Assembly: GCA_016748015.1 (NCBI GenBank)
Contig: JAAOMT010000284.1
Coordinates: 1 to 48,989, forward strand
Direction of reading: 5' to 3'
DNA length: 48,989 bases
Source: Geosiphon pyriformis uo1
Lineage: Eukaryota > Fungi > Glomeromycota
Positions 37,381 through 48,180 of the stretch are shown piece after piece (position 1 is the first letter of the stretch; every line of letters begins with the position of its first letter). The notes under the pieces are model-generated. The model searched no databases. It was not told the DNA's origin and saw nothing but the letters and a program-made list of their open reading frames with translations. The position numbers were made by a program, and so were the translations under genes.

Positions 37381-38766
37381 TTAAGTGTTCAAGTTTGGTT
37401 ATTGTTCTATTATAATTATTGGTTCTAAATTTCAGGGAATATCTTCAGGATTAATTAAAGGGGAATGTGTACCAATTTGCGGAATTAATGGTTCGGGATT
37501 GTTTCTGGAATGATAGTGTTTCAATCTGTCTTTATGTGCAATTTTTGCTAGTATTTTGTCATCAAGTCTTAACTTGTATAATCCATTGTCTAGAATTTCG
37601 TGAATATAAAATGGTCCATTCCATTTGTTTTCAAATTTCCCACTCTATTGTTTTTCAGCCTTAGTTCTGTGTAAGAGAACTTTATTTCCAACTTTAAATT
37701 CGTTGGTAATAGGTGGTAATTTGTTGTCATGTCTTTTTTTTTGTTGAGCTTGGGAATGTTCAATATGAGTTGCTGCTATTCTTTTTTTTCCTTCCAGTAT
37801 ACTAAGAAGGGTGTAAGCTCTTCTTTGGAGTGTTTCTTAAAAGTTTTCTTCATTAATTGGTTGCACTGAATATGTTTCTACTGTGAAATTAATTGGTAAT
37901 ATTGCTGTTCTTCTATAAGTAAGATCAAATGGTGTGTGTTTCATAGTATCTTGTTTTAGTGTTCTGTATGCTAATAACACTGATGGAATAAAGATATCCT
38001 ATTCCTGCTCAAAGTCTGTTGAGACTTTGGCTAGAGATTAACACAATGTTCTATTGAAACATTCTACAAGTCCATTTGTTTGAGGGTGATAAGGTGATGA
38101 TAGAGGTCTTTTGACATTGAACCATTCACAAATTTCTTGTATCAAGTTGTTCACAAAATGTGTTTCTTGATCAGATAAGAGTTCAATTAGGCATCCATGT
38201 CTACAGATAATGTTTTCATAGATGAAATTTGCTACTGATTTTGCATCTGCTCTTTGGATGGCTCTAGCTTCAGACCATTTGGTAAGATAATCTACTGCAA
38301 CTGCAATATAATGATTTTCTTGGGTTGTGATAGGTAATGGTCCGACTAAATCAATTCCAACTCTGTCAAAAGGTTGTCCAACTTTGATTGGATTTAAAGG
38401 TTCTGTGGGGCGAGTTCCTTCTCTTTTTTGACAACTATCACAAGATTCTACATATTGTCAAATATTTTTTTGCATGTAAGGCCAAAAATAATGTTCAAAA
38501 GTTTTTTGAATTATTCCATCTCTTCCCAAGTGTGCTGAAGAAGGATCTGTGTGCATGTTGTATAGAATTGTTTTTTTTTCATTTTTTTGTATTAATCTGA
38601 GTGGTTGGTCTGGGTTTTTACAATTTTTGTAATATATTTTGTTATGGTGTATAAAATATTGTTTGGATTGATGTTGTAATCGATGTTTTTCACTTGGAGA
38701 CCAATTTTCTGGTATAGTGAGAGTTTCCAAATAGTTTTTGATGTTGTTGTAATTTTCTGGATCCAT
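37381..38766 (-). pseudogene. Integrase of D (separate ORF)
   Basis: ATG at 38766 (MDPENYNNIKNYLETL), RVGIDLVGPL, DYLTKWSEA, SPYHPQTNGLVECFN, WNGPFYI; same 1386-bp span as the IN of B. Confidence 0.9.
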
Positions 38767-38834
38767 TGTTGGTAATCTTGTTGTTTTGTTCTGCTGTTAA
38801 GTTTGTTGGTGTTTTGTTGGTGTTGATGTTAGTA

Positions 38835-41800
38835 TTAATATTGTCTCATTCTTGAGAGGCTATCAACATTGGTGTATAGTTTTCTTGATTTGTGATGTAC
38901 AATCTATTGGTAATCTGCTAGGAAGTCATTCTATTGAGACTGTTTGGCACTTTGTTCAGTTTTTTTTTTATTAAGCCATTTGAGACCAATATTGTCAGTT
39001 ATTATGTCAAATTTTTTTCTATTCTTTAGATATTGTTGAAAGTATTTGAAAACCCAGATGACTGCAGCAGCTTCCAGTTCAGTTGAGCCATATTTGAGTT
39101 CTGTTGGCTTGAGTGTTCTACTGGCATAGGCAATAACTTGTTCCTGGCTATTTTAATCCAATTGTGATAAGATGACACCAAATGCTATGTGTAAAGCATC
39201 AGTGGCTAATTGAAATTGTTTGTTGAAGTCTGAGTAGACAAGAACTAGGGCTGTTGTCAATTTTGTTTTGAGAGTTTCAAAAGCTTTTTGTTGTTCTTCA
39301 GTCCATTTGTATGGTATGTTTTTGTTGGTAAGATAATTGAATAATTTAGCAATTTCTGAGAATTTTTTTATGAAATTTTTGATAGTAAGAGGCTAATCCT
39401 ATAAATCCTTTTAGTTCTGTAGTATTTTTGGAAGTTTGAAAGTTTTTGACAGCACTGATTGTTCTTGAATTTGGTTTGACTCTATCTTTACTAACTATGT
39501 ATCCAAGAAAGATCAAGCTTGTTTTTCTAAAGTGACATTTCTCAATGTTTAACTTTAATCCTGCTTTTCATAATCATTGAAAAACTTCTTGCAGGTAAAT
39601 GAGATGAGTCTCAAAGCTTGGTGAGTATACATCAGTGTCATCAAGATAGACAACTACTGATTGCCACAAGAGTCTTTCATATACAACATCCATAAGTCAC
39701 TGGAATGTTGCTGGTGCATTGCAGAGTCCAAAAAGCATAACATTGAACTCATAGTTTCCTCTTTGGGTGGTAAATGCTGTTTTGGGTCAATCTTTTGGGT
39801 CTATTTTGACTTGCCAGTATTCGCTTTCCAAGTCTAAAGTTGAAAAGAACTTGGCTTTTCCTAGAGCATCTAGCATGTCATTAATTCTTGGAAAAGGGTA
39901 GGCATCTCCAATTGTAACACTATTCAGTTGTCTATAATCAACACAGAATCTGATTTTTCCGTTTTTCTTTTTAACTAAAACTACTGGTGAGGCCCAAGGA
40001 CTTTTTGATGATTGAATCAATCCGTTATTGAGCATTCTTTGGACCTTTTCTCTTATGAATTGGTGGCTGGCAGGTGGTACTTAATAAGCTTGTTGACATT
40101 TTGGTGGAGCATCTTCTGTATGGATCTAATGTTGAACAATATCCGTTTTTCCCAAGTCATTGTTGTCTTTTACAAATATATCTGCAAATTCAGCTATCAA
40201 TTGTTTCAATTGTCTTTGTTGTTGAGGTTCTAAGGGACCCATGTTGATTTGAGAGAGTTTTTCCTCCAAAAAGTGGTAGTTTTCAGTAGTGAGAATGATA
40301 TTTGGATTTGGGAGTAGAGTGTGCCTTACAATTTCGATAAAATTAGAAACAATTTAAGGGTTTTTATCTTGAAAAATATTGCTGTGTATGATTCTAATCT
40401 CTAGTTTGTTTAATAAGACAATAGGGTAATTATTAAGGTTGTAGAATGTAACTCAAATTTTTTTCATTCTTTTGGAAATATAAATGTTTGGAATTGAGAT
40501 TTCATGCTTTAAACAGATTTGTTTATTGGATTTAAAGATTTGTTGTGTAGTGGTGGGTTTTGAGCAAGTGTAAATTTCGTGATGTTCTCCAAAAGGTGAA
40601 ATGGTAATTGGCTGGGGAAGTTGAAGAATCTGGTGAGATTCATTTTGTGTATTAAGAGCTATGTTTACTGGAACTGTAAATTGTCCAGTTGAACCAAAAC
40701 CTTGAGTTCCTCTTTCACTTTTTCCCAATTGTTTTCTGTTGTTTATTGATTGTAAACCCGAAATGTTGATTAAGAGTAAGTAGATTGCTTGAGCAATTTT
40801 TTCAGCATGTTCAATTTTGAATGGTTTGTCTGTCTCATTCTGCAACATGATGGTAATGTCTTTAGTGTATCCTGCATCTATAACTCCTTCTCTAATATTG
40901 ATTCCTTTGCTTGCCAATGATGATCTGGAGGCAATTTGAACCATTGCTCCTGGTAGAATTTCAAGAGCAATTTTGAGATTGATTTTTGTCAAGGACTTTG
41001 GTTAAAGAACCAAAGTATCTTTTCCTGGATATCTTAAGTCATATCCAGCATCAATTTCGTGTGCTTTTTCTGGTCTGATTCCTTGGCCATGGTTGTTAAA
41101 ATATTTAAGTTGTAGAGGTGGTTGCTTTTCAAGAAGATAGATGGAAATGGTTGGTAGTTTTTCTCTTAGTTTAGCTATTCCCAATTCGATTTCATTTTCA
41201 TCATTCTCATCTGGCAGAGGAATGCTAAGAGCATAACATTCTAAACACCATTGGTCGTCAAAAGGCATAATACATTCTTCACACAATTGAATGTTTATTT
41301 GCTCTAATTGTTAAATTTGAGCTTCTTTGGTCGAATATGTAAGGCTTGTAATTTGGTGGTAGATTTCTACTTCATCTTTATAATCAAATCCAGCTAATTC
41401 TATGATATACTCAATATATTCAGCTTCTTTCATTTGGTGGACATCTTCTTGGGTGGCTCTATTGATCAATGCCATTGCTAGGTCAAAAATTATTTCAGCA
41501 TCATAAGGGTAGTGGTAAAATTTATTGAGAGCACTGTTGTATGTTGCATCAAATAGTGTTCCTCTTCTGACTTTTTCCGAAATTGATAGAGCATATTGAC
41601 AGGTTTGATCACATACTTCTCCTCTCATTGCTATATTAATCCAATTGTATTCTTTTGGTAGCATTTCTCCACATGTAAGGCAAGGAGTTTTGTCCCATTT
41701 TTCACTTCTCTTTGGGGATCCAAATCGTTCTCTATGGCATGCCTTGCAGAAGTAACAAGTACAAGTTTCATATTCCTCTTCTGGGGAGATACAGGCTCCC

Positions 41801-44460
41801 ATAGATGAAAGCTTCTTTTTGCAATCTTTGCATTTTAGTGGAATGTATGGTGGTTTTTTTCATGGTTCTGGTGTGAAATATCTAACTTTCTTCCATCCTC
41901 TTGATTCTTCAAAAATCTCTTGTTCTGTTTCCTCAGCCCAATTAGATGGTAATCCAAGAGCTATGTAGGTTTCAATGAGTGGCATTTCCTTCTCTTTTTC
42001 AAATTCAAATACTGGAGCTTTTTCTGATTATTTGTTAAAGGTACCACAGGTTGCAGGTATGATGGTATATTGTCCTTGGTATGAGATTTTAAGTTCTTGA
42101 GTTTCCCAGTTTAGGTTTGCATTGGCCTTAAGAAGCCAATCATTTCCGACTAGAGCTTGATATTGGGGTGCATCTATGACAAGAACTTTAACTGAAATGG
42201 TGATTCCATCAATTGTAAAGGGGAAATTATCAATTTCTCCTACTGAAGTCTTCTTCATACCATCAGCTATAACAATAACTGTTTGAGCTGGTCTATCTAC
42301 GTTTCGTTTGAGTTGTTGCATCAGCTGGTAAGTAATGATACTTCCAGCCAATCCACTATTTAAGATTAAGCAAATGGGTTTTCCTTCTACTGTAGCTTCT
42401 GTATACATAGCAGTAATTGCTTTCTGTTCATTGACTGCTGCATTACTAAGCAGAAATGATGATTTATTTGCTTCAAATTCAAATGGAAATATATCTAACA
42501 GATTGGCATTTTGGGCAATTTGAGCTGGTGGAATGGTATGGTTGGAAGAGTTTGATCTTAGTGCTGCAACTTCATCTTCAGAAAGTGCAGTTTGTTGAAA
42601 ATCCGATTCCTCTGGTATTGTAAGATAACTGAATTGAGTGTGATAGTGATTGGGTCTTTGCTGACCAGGATTTCGGGAAACCAATTGGTTATTTAAATTA
42701 ATTCTGTTGTGGTTACTCTGCAATTGATTTTGGGGTGTAAATTGGTTATGTTGAACCAATCTTCTTGCTGGTACTTGATATTGTTAAGTGAGTGGTGTCT
42801 GATATGGCTGAATTGGTAAAGGTTGCTGATATTGTTGCTGCATTGGTTGTGGAGCTGGTGGATAGTAACTGTTTTGATTTTGTGGTCTTGGTGAATAATA
42901 GATTGGTGGTGGAGATTGGTAATAAGATTGTTGTGGTGAAGAGTAACATTGATTACTCCTGTTTTGTTGGTCTCTTTGTAATTTCCTACAATCTCGTTTC
43001 CAGTGTCTTGGAATTCCACAATAATGACAATTTTAAGGTTGGTTGTTGGATGGTGATCCAAAATTGTTTTGATTGCAGCATTGTGGGGGTTGATATCTTT
43101 GTGGTTGTTGTTGCTGTTGTTGTTGGTTTGTGAAGTAGCTTTCAACTTTTTTTGTGAGTTGGTCTATCTTTTCTTCAGCTGCTAAGCTGGTTTCTTCAAT
43201 TGCAAGGTTTACAAGCTTGGTGTGATTTGCTTCTTCTATTGCTATTTTATAGCTCTTTACATGTCTAATAGCAGTTGCTAAGTCTGCTGAAGCTTGTGGA
43301 CAAACTTTCTTAATCAGTTTGTCTTTTAACCCTGCTATAAACTAATCCAGAATTTGAGCATCAGAATAGTAGTTATTGGTTTCCAATTGTCAGATTCATC
43401 TGAGAAGTTTGTTAAATCTTCCAAAATAGGTCATAACAGTTTCAGATGTTTTTTGTTTAATATTGCGAAAGCAGTTTCTGAAAGTGATAGAGGTATTGTT
43501 GTCAGTGAATTGTTGTAGAAAAGCATCTTTGAATGCTTGCCAGTTTTCAAATGGTTCTTCTAAATTTTCAAACCATTCTTCTGCTGTTCCTTGGAGAAAG
43601 TAGGGAATTGCTTTAAGCATTCTTGCTGCAATTCAACCATTTGCATCTCCTGCTTTTTGAACTTTGTCAAGCCATTTTTGAGAACTAGTATTATTGTCTT
43701 CGCCAGTAAATTCTGGGATTTTTGCAATGTAAGCAGTTGCCATTTCTTCTTCATTTTCTGTAATTTCTTCTGGTTCTGATTCAGTTTCTTCACTTTCTAA
43801 GCTTTCTGAATGATTACTTTCGTTTTCCTGTAAGTAATCAATAATATTGGCACTTGTTGATATTGGTTCCTGCTGTTGAGTAGGGTTTCTAGGTGACTGA
43901 AAATTTTCTAGTCTGGAGAAGCAGTTGAGTGATGAATTTGGTGTTTGTGGTTGAACAAGTGAAATTGAAAATGGTGTAATAGAAAGTGGTAATTTGACAT
44001 TGGTTTTTTGTTCAGGTGTTCACAAGTGTTTGGCAGTTGTTTTTTGTAATGTTGGAGTGTTTAAAGTGGTTCTTGAGTATTGTTTTACTTTTTGTTTGCC
44101 TTTGTTGCTTGTCTCTGTTTCTGATTCAAAGTTAAAAGAGTATTTGGACTGTACTGGGTATTTTTCTTCACAGTACTCAATAATATTAAAATTAAGTTCT
44201 TGGAAGTAGGTAGCAAGTGTTTTACTGTTCAGTTCTTCTGTTCCTAATTGTGAATAGTGCACTAAATTATTGTAGAGGTTGCTTTTAACTTCTAAAATGT
44301 TGTAGTTTCCAAAAAAATAATTGTTGATGCAGTTTTCAATGTATTGGTATACTGATTTCTTTACAACTTCAATTCCGTCTGGAATGTTAAATCTTTGTTT
44401 GCAGTGAGTGTAAATTGACTGGTAATACTCTAGAATTGCTGTGTTTGGTGTGGTCGCCAC
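38835..44460 (-). pseudogene. gag-pol: gag-pol of D (gag and PR in the same frame; dUTPase ~40685-41100)
   Basis: Fragments carry CA, knuckle, PR (LILNSG), Cys-rich domain, dUTPase (AGYDL, IASRSSLA, VIDAGYT, KIAQA, RGTQGFGSTG), RT (SPWASPVVLV, YLDD) and RH ending HTNVDSLSRMRQY*. Confidence 0.92.
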
Positions 44461-44485
44461 TTTGAATTTGTTGTTGCTGTGTTAT

Positions 44486-44503
44486 TTCCGTAAGAGAGCA
44501 CCA
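44486..44503 (-). promoter_or_regulatory. PBS of D (TGGTGCTCTCTTACGGAA)
   Basis: Starts 2 nt after the 5' LTR. Confidence 0.82.
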
Positions 44504-44505
44504 AA

Positions 44506-45477
44506 TGTTACCAGAGGTTTTTGGTCTCTTTTTTTGAATGTTGTAACTGTCTGTTGGTTGCAAATTCACGTTTTCTGGATGTGGTTAAACCTTCAGTAAC
44601 TGAATTTTTTCTTCAAATTATCTCTTATAATTTGAACTGCTGGGCTTATAAGTGAAATGGCCAATTTCTTGCCAGTTACTTTATGTAGTTACATTGTAGT
44701 AAATGTCAACTTTTTTCCAGGAATTGCTCATCTGAAAGCTCACTAAAAATGTGTAGTTACTTTGCTGTGAAAATTAACTCTTCTACAGGAATCTTGTCTG
44801 TAGGCTACTCTAATGATTGTAATAAGAAAAGAGAAGAAAAATAAAAGAAATGTAAAAGAAATAGAATTTTATCAAGGAAAACGTTTTCTATTCAGGCCTG
44901 GAGTTACTAACAGTTTACTGAAATTGGTAGCTAATCAATTTCAAAACGTTAGTTGGGTTTTAAGGATTTTTCAAGTGCAATAATTAAAGAATTTGGTTTT
45001 TCAAATTATTTGATATTTATTTTTTTTTGTGTATATGAGAATAGTTCTAAGTAACAAATCTAAAGTAAGATACATTTTCTTGAAGAGAAAAACTCTTCTT
45101 TTATATAACTTGTTGTAGTACTAGTCTATGAACTTGCACTTTTTCTTTTTGCTTAAATTTTGGCAAACTAAAGATATATTTTGATAAACTACAAGTTATT
45201 TCGCTGAACTATTGATTAATTTGGGTGAACTATTTATAATTTCAGCGAATTTCTGTAAATTTCGGCAAATTTTAGAATGTTACAAAGTTTAGGGTATTGT
45301 GTAATTTGATCATCCTACTTTCTGTTATACTAATTAGATTCTTTTAATTGAATCGTGATATGTGATAATTGATTAAATAATAAATAATAATTTGAAATGA
45401 TATTAATATACTAATTAATTATAGAAATTATAAGAGTAATTTCATGCTAATTAATAGCTAAAATTCTATTGGTAACA
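44506..45477 (-). repeat. 5' LTR of D
   Basis: TGTTACC...GGTAACA, 972 bp. Confidence 0.94.
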
Positions 45478-47414
45478 ATGTGACAACACCAAAAATACCA
45501 AGAGCAGATTTGATGTCATTGGAAGAGGTATCCAAAGGTATATTGTGCCAGAAAAAGAGAAAAAACAGAGGCCACACCAGAAGATTGTGCAATCTTAAGA
45601 GTGGTCAAAAAAACCTCACCACCAATAGCCACTTTGGTAGCACCAATTAGACTTTCCTGAGATGTAAATTTCATACAGAACAACTTAACAACATCTTGTG
45701 AAACTGACTTAAACCAAATACAACCAGACAGCAGCTGAAACAAGAAACTAAGAAGGGCCATTTTGATCTTGAATGTGTCACTAGGCATAAGAGTGGAGGC
45801 CACTCATCCAGAGAACCTTTGTTGACCATTTACATTTATCTAAGCACCATTATCAACAACACCAGAAACTGGAGAAGAAGTAGATGATTCCATTTTCATC
45901 TGATTAGCCCAATCTTTGAGATTATCTGAAATGATGGACTGTTTTGCTTCCATGGCAGGAGATGATCTGCTGGAGATTACCACATTAGGCAACACAGCTA
46001 GTGGTTGATCTTGCTCCATATTAGGAGTTGAGTCATTGCTATTGCCATTCATATTAGGAAGAGGGCTGGCTGCTGCTATGGAGATCTTACCCAAGATCTC
46101 ATCTGAAACCACCAAGGGATTTAGTGTGACCATAGCAGTTGTGACTATTTGCTGCTGTTTTTTGGAATTTTTGGTCTTTGTGGCCATTTGTGAAACAGAG
46201 GTAGTAGAAGTAGTGGAAGTGGTGAGAGCAGGAAAGACCATTTTGTTGACCAGTTTGTTATTAAAAATCTTTGGGCTTTTTGAAGTAGTAGAGACAATAT
46301 TGGAATTGACCCAAGTGTGCCTTTTTGAAAGAACTTTGACTGGAGAAAAACTACCAGCCAAAGGAGAGAAAAATGAACCAGAAGCTGCTAAAGGCAGCTT
46401 TTCACTAATGTTTTTCAAAGGAAATGTAACCAGAACGTTTTGTCTAGCTGCTTCAATAACAGAGAGACCCTCTTGTGTTGAAACTTTATTAGTTACTATA
46501 GGAAAAGTACTGTTTGCAACTTTTTTACTCTTAGCTCTAGTCGTGGTCATGAATTTTAAGAGAGAAAGAGTTTTTTTTCCAGCCACTTTGTTTATGCTGA
46601 AATCAATTCTTTTATCCTCTATTACTGCTTTAATAGCATTCTATGTGTACCAGTTAAGAGTTTTGAGCTGATTCCTTTGAGCTGTTGATACTACTGCATA
46701 ACTATCAGTGTTCAATATCAGTTTGTATTTGTAAAGTACTGTTCCAAAGCCAATAATACAGCTTTTGCCTTAGTTTTTGTTGATGATAATGTTCCATCAA
46801 CTACTATACCAAAGTTGGCTTCTATCTTATGTATTACAAAAGTGGCTGTTTTTTTAGCATCCTCAGTACCAGCTTTTACTAGTAAGCCATCTGTTGATAT
46901 TTCTATTTCCTTTCTGAGCCTCAATTTATCTTACACATTCCTCTATTGTGGTAATAGAGCATCAGGAATTTGGATGTAAATAGGTCATCTGATATTTGGT
47001 TATCTATTTTGTGTAACTCCATTGTTTCACATTGGATTACATTAATGTTTCTGTGTTCATTCATAATAATTGTAGACTCTAAAATCTTAAACCATTTGGG
47101 AATTTTACTACTGTTGCTTTGTTTGTACTTCTTTGTGAAGTCCATCCATGTCATTAACAAACCATCCTTGTTCTGAATCTGATGTAAATACAAAATGTTT
47201 TCCTTCCTCAGTAAACTTCTGACCTTAGTGTAGACTTCACCTGAAGTTATGACTGTCTTAATTAAATGTGCTTGTGGTCTTGAAGATTTAGGTACCCCAT
47301 ATATGTTACCAGAGCTTTTAAATGAGATGCCTCTTTCTTTTATTATTTGCATAATGTTTGCTATAAGATTAACTCTTGGCTTAGATCATTCATTAGTGGA
47401 ATACTTAAGTATAT

Positions 47415-48128
47415 TGTTATGGTTAAAACCCATAGTTTTTATTAGTTATTACATATATTAGTCACTGATGTAATATAATTAGCCACCCTATTTTTAGATA
47501 GTGATCATTGACCTGATCAATGACCTGACTGTTGACTTGATCATTGACCTGATCATTGACTTGATCAATGACCTGATCATTGACCTGATCATTGGCCTGA
47601 TTGTTGACCACTTTAGATAGCTATATAAGCGATGATTCCCTTAGCTGTAGAAAGACATGATCAAAGTAACAAAATAAACAATATCAATTACTTCCTCTCA
47701 TAATCGCTTATTCCTCTTTCCTTACCTTCAAGTATCTACTTGTTGGCATTCACATATCTTATCTTTTCCCCTTCTTGATTTGTATTTGTTAGAATTAGCC
47801 TAAGAAGCAATTGGCTTGCTCTTGTAATTTATTGAATAAAGAAACGATTGAAAAGTACAATGATACTTGTTATTGATTCTAAGAATTGCCGAGTTGAGGC
47901 ATAGAATAATAGCAGCGGTGTTATCTTCTTAACAATCACAGACTATTCCTCTACCTTCAGATTTAAGAAAAGATTAGCAACTGTGATTTTTATGAGACTG
48001 ATCATGCACATTGAATTCCTACTTATTTAATTCACTCCCTTATTGTAATTCTTTCTTTGTTTATTTCCATTACCATACAATACTGTTCTCCCTTACTATC
48101 TGTTAGCTTGTTACTCCAACCCATAACA
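47415..48128 (+). repeat. 5' LTR of X2 (714 bp)
   Basis: 8-bp terminal inverted repeats TGTTATGG...CCATAACA. Confidence 0.92.
47502..47609. repeat. 12-bp tandem repeat (TGATCATTGACC) x9 in U3
   Basis: Nine consecutive units counted directly, just upstream of CTATATAAG. Confidence 0.92.
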
Positions 48129-48134
48129 TAAAAG

Positions 48135-48151
48135 TGGTGCTTCCTGTAAGG
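48135..48151 (+). promoter_or_regulatory. PBS of X2 (TGGTGCTTCCTGTAAGG)
   Basis: TGG start 6 nt after the LTR end. Confidence 0.8.
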
Positions 48152-48180
48152 TTGTCAAAGTTTACTTATTCTCTTATTGT

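Larger units (their letters stand above)
35574..45477 (-). mobile_element. Full-length Ty3/Gypsy element D (dUTPase-bearing, degraded, 9904 bp)
   Basis: Two 972-bp LTRs, PBS, PPT and a 4-bp TSD ACGT/ATGT; removing D restores the host ORF1 sequence as seen in copy 1. Confidence 0.96.
33611..46580 (-). mobile_element. ORF1-only non-LTR element, copy 2 (~2.43 kb after removing the solo LTR and D)
   Basis: Perfect 15-bp TSD AGCCACTTTGTTTAT (33596-33610; 46581-46595); A-rich tail; ORF from ATG 46550 to stop 33754, collinear with copy 1. Confidence 0.9.
32454..47414 (-). mobile_element. LINE L-b 3' part with RNase H (segments 32454-33610 and 46596-47414), split by ORF1-only copy 2 and cut by X2
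   Basis: Poly(A) and 3' UTR; C-terminal CKVCHTEVETN.HFWKC; RNase H motifs ISTDG, AVLLALE, NTDS and KVATHTGISENEMADKLAK join across the insertion. Confidence 0.87.

Noticed and set aside
37381-37700. Chromodomain at the integrase C-terminus
   Set aside because: Only GPY/F-like and LEPIIIIE motifs are visible; there is no chromodomain signature.
46036-46671. Hydrophobic plus-strand ORFs (also 31146-31691, 29634-30059, 42792-43133, 9215-9451) as membrane or Env-like proteins
   Set aside because: They are antisense shadows of S/T-rich or Q/N-rich coding sequence, mostly with non-ATG starts.
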